The position numbers and the translations under genes are program-made. From the NCBI GenBank assembly GCA_965223845.1, contig CBDCXR010000004.1, forward strand, positions 6,528,001-6,592,000: a stretch of DNA of 64,000 nt, read 5' to 3'. The notes under the pieces were generated by a model. The model was not told where the DNA came from, made no database searches, and saw only the letters and a program-made list of their open reading frames with translations. The DNA is from Planctomycetota bacterium. GTDB taxonomy: Bacteria > Planctomycetota > UBA8108 > SXIK01. How positions within the stretch are numbered: the first letter of the stretch is position 1; every line of letters begins with the position of its first letter. Of the stretch, positions 57,961-64,000 are shown one piece after another.

Positions 57961-60630
57961 CTACGGACAATTCTCGAACGACTGACAACCGAGTGCGTCC
58001 GCGGTCGGATCCACGCCGCACAGCGGGAACGGCGACTGCGGTTCACCGCCGTCACCGAAGAGATGGTTCAGCTCGTAGATCGCGTCGGCGATGTTGACCG
58101 CGCCGTCGTCGTTCACATCGGCCGAGTCGTCGCACTCCGGCGGTGGTGCGTCCGCGCCGAAGAGCGAGTTGAGAAGAAAGATCGCGTCGGCGATGTTCGG
58201 CGCACCATCGTCGTTGATATCACCGCGCACGAATCTCGGATCCGGGGGACTGCCGCAGTCCGGCGAGCCCTCGAACGGACCCTCGACGATGCAGATGTTG
58301 TCGAATCGCACGATCTGCGTGTTCAAGTAGGCCCAGAACCCGACGAAGCCGCTTCGCCGGTATTCGTCCTCGACCTCGACGACGAGCTCGTCGTCGCCGA
58401 AGAGTCGAATCGTCGGGCCATCGATCTCGATGCGCCACACACCCGGTGGCTCCGCGAACAGCTCGCCGCTCCCGCCGAGAAGCGGGATCGGAGTGAGCGG
58501 CCAGTGGTGGAGGCCGAGGCCGAAGTCGACCTCCCGGTCGATCCACCAAACGTCGTACGACTCGGAATCCCAGCGCGAGATCGGCTCAGCCGAAAAGAAA
58601 AAGATCGACGCGTGCTTTCCGACGGCATCCGTCGGCGGGTTGTGCCCGACGAACTCGATCTCGAACTCGATCGTGAGATCGCCGGCGAAGAGGACGGGGG
58701 GATCGCCGATCCAGATGTGGGTTTCCGCGCCTTCGGTCGCGACTTCGAGCGCACCGTCTTCGGTGATCGACCAGCGATCGTCCATCGGGGTCCACCCGGG
58801 GATCTCGGTTCCGGCCGGAATGTCCGAGAAGTCTTCGAAGAACGGGAGCTCCGCTCGTCCCGACACGGACACTAGGATCTCGATGGCGACCGGATCGCCG
58901 CCCGAATGCTCGATCGTGAGCGTCGCCGTGTAGTTTCCGGCGAACTCGTAGGCGTGATCGGCGCTCTCGCCTTCGGCGGACTCCCCGTCGCCGAAGTCCC
59001 AGCGGTACGCGGTGACGTCGACTCCGTCGGCGATCTGCGAACAAGCTGCACTGAACGTGATGGTTTCGCCTTCCGCGACCGAGCCCGGCGTCGCCGTCGC
59101 GCAGGGAACGACCGGCACGGGTTGCTCGGGTGGATGGACCCCCTCGCGCACGCGGAAGTTGTCGAAGAGGATGTCTTGTCCGTTGCTGTACGCCCACAGT
59201 CCGACGTGACCTTCGCGCGGGACGACATCGTCGTCGACTTGGAAGACGAGGATGCCGTCACCGTAGGCCGTGATCTGCGGGCCCTCCACGGTGATCGTCC
59301 AGCGCCGCGGCGGCTCCGTGATCGCCGGTGCGGTGTTCTTGCTCACCGCGAGCTCGACGAGTCCGCCCCCGGTCCACCGGTGGAGTCCCATCCCGAAGTC
59401 GCTGTCGCGGTCGATCCACCAGAGCGAGTATCCCGTCGTGTTCCAGCGGGAGATCGGATCGGCGTTGAAGAAGAAGAGGCTCGCGTGACGGCCGACTCCG
59501 TCGGCGGGGCTGGCGAGAAACTCGATGTCGAAATCGATCGTGACCTCCTCGCCGATGAAGGGCGAAGACGGGTCGCCGACGTAGATGTGCGATTCGGTGG
59601 TGCTCTGCGTACGGAGCTGACCGTCTTCGTTGATCATCCACTCGCCGCTGAACTCCGTCCAACCGGTGACCTCGCCCGCCGCGCGGTCGAAGTCGTCTTC
59701 GAACTCGGTGAGGATGGTCGTGATGCCGATCGAGCTCTCGATGGTCTCGGAGTTTCCCTGATCGTCCGTCACCGTGAGGCTTACGACGTAGTTGTCCGGA
59801 AACGCAAACGAGTGCTCGACGACTTCGCCACTCGCCGTATCCCCGTCGCCGAAGTCCCAGTCGTAGCTGGTGATCATTCCGCCGTTCACCTGCGTGCAGG
59901 ACGCATCGAACGTGACGGGCGTGTCGACACCCGCGGTGGCCTGCGCCGTGAAGCACGCGACGAGCGGATCCGCCGCGACGGTGAATTCGACGTTTTCGAA
60001 ATCGACCTCCTGATTGGCGCCGCTCCATGTCCAGAGGCCGAAATGACCTCCGCGGTACCTCGAGTCGTCGAATTCGATCGCGAGCGCGCCATCGGCGAAG
60101 ACTCGAATCGTGGGGCCGGTGATCTCGACGGTGAGCGAGTCGGGCGGCCCCTCGTCCGGTCCGGCCGTGCCGAGGACGAGGTGGTTGAATCCCCCCGCAT
60201 CCCGCCGCGTGAGGTTGAGCCCTCGGTCGGCGCCCCGATCGATCCACCAGACGAGGTAGCCGCTCGAGTTTGAGCGCAAGCCGGGTTGATCCATGCAGAG
60301 AAGAACGCCGGCGTGGCGTCCCACGGGCTGCGAGTCGGGAATGAGGAATTCCCACTCGACCGTGAACGAATGATCTCCGATCGGGAAGGCGGTCGGCGGG
60401 CTGCCGAAATAGACGTGTTGCTCAACCGTCGCCGGACCTGCCTTGAGCGCTCCGTCCGCGATGTTCCACTCGCCAGCCGCGACGGTCCAGTCGTCCCCGT
60501 CGATCGCTCCGTTCGCGCGATCGAAGTCGTCCGTAAAGTCCTGCGCCGGGAGCGGGACGGCCGCAATGGCCGCGATCCACCCGGCCCAAAGGAAAACCCC
60601 GCGCCCGAGGATCGATCGAAATCCCATCAT
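57961..60630 (-). CDS. Secreted protein: 3x WIDR domains, 2x PKD, dockerin-like domain
   Basis: Signal peptide; 3x G[RK]HA[GS]...WWIDR..D.G; 2x YxWDFGDG; FVRGDINDDG..NIAD. Confidence 0.88.
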   Translation of the reverse strand: MMGFRSILGRGVFLWAGWIAAIAAVPLPAQDFTDDFDRANGAIDGDDWTVAAGEWNIADGALKAGPATVEQHVYFGSPPTAFPIGDHSFTVEWEFLIPDSQPVGRHAGVLLCMDQPGLRSNSSGYLVWWIDRGADRGLNLTRRDAGGFNHLVLGTAGPDEGPPDSLTVEITGPTIRVFADGALAIEFDDSRYRGGHFGLWTWSGANQEVDFENVEFTVAADPLVACFTAQATAGVDTPVTFDASCTQVNGGMITSYDWDFGDGDTASGEVVEHSFAFPDNYVVSLTVTDDQGNSETIESSIGITTILTEFEDDFDRAAGEVTGWTEFSGEWMINEDGQLRTQSTTESHIYVGDPSSPFIGEEVTIDFDIEFLASPADGVGRHASLFFFNADPISRWNTTGYSLWWIDRDSDFGMGLHRWTGGGLVELAVSKNTAPAITEPPRRWTITVEGPQITAYGDGILVFQVDDDVVPREGHVGLWAYSNGQDILFDNFRVREGVHPPEQPVPVVPCATATPGSVAEGETITFSAACSQIADGVDVTAYRWDFGDGESAEGESADHAYEFAGNYTATLTIEHSGGDPVAIEILVSVSGRAELPFFEDFSDIPAGTEIPGWTPMDDRWSITEDGALEVATEGAETHIWIGDPPVLFAGDLTIEFEIEFVGHNPPTDAVGKHASIFFFSAEPISRWDSESYDVWWIDREVDFGLGLHHWPLTPIPLLGGSGELFAEPPGVWRIEIDGPTIRLFGDDELVVEVEDEYRRSGFVGFWAYLNTQIVRFDNICIVEGPFEGSPDCGSPPDPRFVRGDINDDGAPNIADAIFLLNSLFGADAPPPECDDSADVNDDGAVNIADAIYELNHLFGDGGEPQSPFPLCGVDPTADALGCQSFENCP

Positions 60631-60699
60631 CTCAGAACCCTTTCACGATTCGCGTCCTGAACCAAGCGCTGAACTCCCTCACGCCTCGAACTCCTACCC

Positions 60700-60797
60700 A
60701 CAAAACCCATCTACTCTTCCCTCTCTACTCCTCTCTCTCTCTCTCTCTCTCTCCCCCCCTTCGTCTTCCTTCGCGTCCCCTTCGCGACCTTCGTGTA
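60700..60797 (-). repeat. ACACGAAG periodic repeat with (CT)n pyrimidine tract
   Basis: Reverse complement reads TACACGAAGGTCGCGAAGGGGACGCGAAGGAAGACGAAG followed by (GA)n; (CT) run at ~60731-60752. Confidence 0.88.
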
Positions 60798-60820
60798 AAT
60801 CTCTTCTCAAGGGCAACGCA

Positions 60821-63800
60821 TCAACCCCCAAACTCGACCCCCGTCGCGCAGTCTAGGCTCCCGTCTCCCGTCGGATCGAGGCCGATGTCGGCCGTCGGTT
60901 CCGGCGGTGGAGGACCATCGCCGAACAGATAGTTGAGAACGTACAGAGCGTCGGCGATGTTCGCGCCTTCGTCGTCGTTCGCATCGAGCGCGTCGAGACA
61001 CGTGACGGATTTGTCTTCGAAGAGATGGAGGAGGATCGTGAGGGCGTCGCTGATGTCGACTCCGAGATCGAGATTCGCGTCGCCGCGAATGAAGAACGAC
61101 GAAGTTTCGACGGTGAAGGGGAGGGCGTTCGACGAAACGCCCGCCGAGCTCATGACGACGACATCGACGACCCCGGCCGAAATACGCGGGACCTTGACCT
61201 CGAGCCTCGTCGGCGAAACGAAAAGGATCTCCTCCGCAGCAATGCCCCCGAAGAGGACATTGCTCGAAGGCTCGAAATTCTCGCCCGTGAGCGTCGCGGC
61301 GGATGTCGGCGGACCCGACCCGGGATCGAGTGACGTCAACACCGGTTCGGGAAACTCGAACGTACTCGTCACGTCGATCGTGTCGAGGGCGATGAACTCG
61401 CCGGAGTAGTCGAACGCGAGCAGCGCGAGCTCGTTGACCCCGGTCTGCAGCGGGATCTCCGCGCGCCAGTCGGTCATCCCCGTCCACTCGAGGTCGAGCG
61501 CGTCTTCGTGTCCGTCCACCGCGATCGCCCGGATGTTCACCCAGCCGTCTCCCGCGAGGGTCACGGTCGGTTCGTCGACCGTCATCGGGTTCCCTCCGTT
61601 CGTCGTGATCTGGAAGTCGACCTCGCTCGGAAGTCTCCCGCGCGCGAAGTTGTGTCGCGCACCGATGTAGTCGTAGATCCGATTGAACGTCGAAAGCTCG
61701 CCGACCATCGTGCCGTAGTGATTGATCCAGTGCTGCATGTAGGGCCGGTTGTAGGTGGTCTCGAGCATGTCGTGGAGGTGACCGTAGAAGACGCGCTGAT
61801 ACGGCACGGCCGAGAACAACTTCGAGAGGTTTTCTCCGCCCCAGAGTGCGTGCGACGAGCTGCGCGACCACGCGAAATCTTGGTCCCACGCGAAGAGAAC
61901 GAAGCGTTCGTCCTCAGGGCGCATGTACCACATGAGGTTGTGAGCGTTGCTCCCGAGGATGTACGTGTCGTTCGCGCCGACGAGCGAGTGCGCGACGTAC
62001 ATGCGGATTGCCTCGTCCGTGTCGAGCAGGCCTTCGATTCGATTTAGAAAGCTCGACCCCGACGAGCCCATCACCTGAGCGAGCTCCATCAGGCGGTCGT
62101 AGCTGTCACGCGTTCGCTGGCTCTCGAGGATGAAGTTGTAGCGGTACGCTTCCTTGTCGCCTCCGAGATTGCGAAGATCCGTGCCGATGACGCCGTCGGG
62201 GAGCGGGCGTTTCGGGCTCTCCGGATCGCCGTCGGTCGTCGTCGTCGGATGGTAGATCAGCTCCATCTTGTAGACGATGCCGTCGCTTCCATCGGCGTAC
62301 ATCGAGTCGAGAAAGTCGCTGTTGTACTTGGCCATCTGGAACAGCGTGTGCCCGGTTTGGGCGCTCCGCGGCGCGATCAGCCAGCCGATGTCGTCGTACA
62401 TGCTCGGAAGGTTCCCCGCAGCGTTGACGAGGTGCTTGAAGATGATCTCGTCCTGTCCCGTGGGCCCGTTTCCGATTCCCCAGCCGCCCGAGCGGTCGAG
62501 CGACACCGACCGGTGGAGCCCACGAAACGGTTTCGCGCGGTGAAAGCGCGCGCTGAAGCTCACTCGCGCACCGCCCGGCCGTCCGCGCTCGCTTCCCTTC
62601 AGACGGACGCCGACGTCGTAGAAAGCTTCGCTCTCGCGGTAGATCACCGTCCCGCCGAGCCGCTCGTTGCTCATGACATTGAGGTCGTTGTGCATGAAGC
62701 TCGTCTCGGCCGAGGTCATCAGGATGCGGAAATTGTGAGGCGCACCGCCGCGACTCTGGCCGTCGTTCACGCGGTAGAGAGCGCGCGAGTCTCGACCCGC
62801 GGCGGGGAACGTCGCCGTCGCGCCGCGCGTGTCTTCCCCCTCGACGTAAAACTGCACGAGTCGGGACGCGCTTTGCCCGGGGATGGTCGCGCGGTAAGTC
62901 GAGCCCGACGCGGCCATCGCGACTCGCTGCCACCCGCCGGTATCGACGCGGTACCAGAGGTCGACGGACGCGACTCCGTCGGGATCTGCGGCTTCGACGG
63001 AGACCTGCACCGGCGATCCCGATCCCGGAACGGCCGGAGCGTGCCCGAAGCTCGTAAAGGTCGGGCCGAGGTTTGCCTCGAATACGGAGTTCTCGCGCCC
63101 GGGCGTTCCCGCGGTATCGGGGACCTCGACGAGGGTTGTGAGCGGCGAGCGATTGAAGTAGAGCCGCGTGTTCAATTGGTTCGACCCGGCCAGCCACCTC
63201 GCGCGGAAGCTGATCTCGTACTCGCGACCGTTCTGAACTGCGATTCCGTCACGCAGCGTCGTCTCGAGATGGTTGTGCATGTGCTCGGTCGGCCCCGTCG
63301 CGACGATGTGGAGGACTTCGTTCGACGGATCGTCCGGATCGGGAACGACTCGGCTGTGCCGGTGATTCCCGATGATGCGCCACGCCGTCGCGCCGCTCGA
63401 GAACGTCCCGTTTTGGAGGAGCGAGCGATTCGCGCCGTCCGGCTCCTCGACGACGCGGATGTCGTCGACGAGGATTTCGCCGGCCTCGAGGAGTCCGACG
63501 ACGAACTCGCGCCACTGAGTCGGCCCTACGTTCGCCGCGGCGACCTTGCGGTAGCGGTACTGTTTCCATCCCATCCGTTCGGTCTCATCGCTCGCCGCCC
63601 AGGCTTCCGCGCGCCGATTGTCGGCGTTCGGGTTCCTGAGCTCGAGCGACGAGCCACCGCCGTCCGCGAGGTGCGGCCAGTAGCCATCGTCGAAGTACTC
63701 GACTTCGTCGACGGGGTTGCGGTTCGCGTCTTCGAGCTCGACGACATCACTCGCGTTTGACAGCGTTCCGGTGAAGTCGCCGACGACGGTGACACCCGGG

Positions 63801-64000
63801 TGTCTCCCGGCGAAGCGTTCGGCGTCCTCCGCGACGACGAGGTAGTCGCGCGCGGCGATGCTCGTCCCGGGGGGGAAGTCGAAGTTGATTCCGCGATCGA
63901 GCCGCCAACCCGTCAAATCGACCGCCTGGTCCGAATTGTTGTAGAGCTCGAGCCAGGAGTCCGGAGACTCGCGGAATGGATGGCCGGGATCGACGAGCAC
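60821..64000 (-). CDS. 5'-truncated lamin-tail/CotH-kinase-like protein with IPT/TIG and dockerin-like domains
   Basis: WLELYN..VDLTGW (LTD), VGVRLKGS, HNLMWY, AWDQD (CotH), P.LTSLDP.SGP...TLTGENF (IPT), FIRGDANLD; paralogous to 52584..57767. Confidence 0.88.
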   Translation of the reverse strand: MLVDPGHPFRESPDSWLELYNNSDQAVDLTGWRLDRGINFDFPPGTSIAARDYLVVAEDAERFAGRHPGVTVVGDFTGTLSNASDVVELEDANRNPVDEVEYFDDGYWPHLADGGGSSLELRNPNADNRRAEAWAASDETERMGWKQYRYRKVAAANVGPTQWREFVVGLLEAGEILVDDIRVVEEPDGANRSLLQNGTFSSGATAWRIIGNHRHSRVVPDPDDPSNEVLHIVATGPTEHMHNHLETTLRDGIAVQNGREYEISFRARWLAGSNQLNTRLYFNRSPLTTLVEVPDTAGTPGRENSVFEANLGPTFTSFGHAPAVPGSGSPVQVSVEAADPDGVASVDLWYRVDTGGWQRVAMAASGSTYRATIPGQSASRLVQFYVEGEDTRGATATFPAAGRDSRALYRVNDGQSRGGAPHNFRILMTSAETSFMHNDLNVMSNERLGGTVIYRESEAFYDVGVRLKGSERGRPGGARVSFSARFHRAKPFRGLHRSVSLDRSGGWGIGNGPTGQDEIIFKHLVNAAGNLPSMYDDIGWLIAPRSAQTGHTLFQMAKYNSDFLDSMYADGSDGIVYKMELIYHPTTTTDGDPESPKRPLPDGVIGTDLRNLGGDKEAYRYNFILESQRTRDSYDRLMELAQVMGSSGSSFLNRIEGLLDTDEAIRMYVAHSLVGANDTYILGSNAHNLMWYMRPEDERFVLFAWDQDFAWSRSSSHALWGGENLSKLFSAVPYQRVFYGHLHDMLETTYNRPYMQHWINHYGTMVGELSTFNRIYDYIGARHNFARGRLPSEVDFQITTNGGNPMTVDEPTVTLAGDGWVNIRAIAVDGHEDALDLEWTGMTDWRAEIPLQTGVNELALLAFDYSGEFIALDTIDVTSTFEFPEPVLTSLDPGSGPPTSAATLTGENFEPSSNVLFGGIAAEEILFVSPTRLEVKVPRISAGVVDVVVMSSAGVSSNALPFTVETSSFFIRGDANLDLGVDISDALTILLHLFEDKSVTCLDALDANDDEGANIADALYVLNYLFGDGPPPPEPTADIGLDPTGDGSLDCATGVEFGG

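Noticed and set aside
25343-60797. CGAAG repeats as a CRISPR array
   Set aside because: Dispersed and degenerate, no regular repeat-spacer period, no cas genes
46700-64000. Cluster as a true cellulosome
   Set aside because: No cohesin/scaffoldin or recognisable glycoside hydrolase domain in this window

Overview
GC-rich bacterial DNA, most likely Planctomycetota (inferred from the DUF1549/DUF1553 + DUF1501 pair, Cys-containing C-terminal dockerin-like domains, lamin-tail/CotH proteins and a long HEAT-repeat protein). Bases 1-42 kb are mixed housekeeping and metabolic genes: aldehyde dehydrogenases, SDRs, fbaB, split addA/addB, a diguanylate cyclase, a TPP riboswitch with thiC, a HAD hydrolase and a metallophosphoesterase. 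Bases 46.7-64 kb are a minus-strand cluster of five large exported proteins, each ending in a dockerin-like domain. Two are CotH-kinase-like paralogues. They alternate with three proteins that together carry ten copies of a ~170-aa domain with invariant G[RKN]H[AG][GS]...WIDRxxDxG motifs. This cluster is the best candidate for an undescribed system. A second signal is a dispersed ~9-bp-periodic repeat family (ACACGAAG...CGAAG...CGAAG, 6 copies), usually tied to long purine/pyrimidine tracts. It forms a ~195-bp hairpin and brackets one gene in inverted orientation. No rRNA, tRNA, CRISPR array or transposase was recognised. All family assignments come from motif recognition by eye, not database searches.
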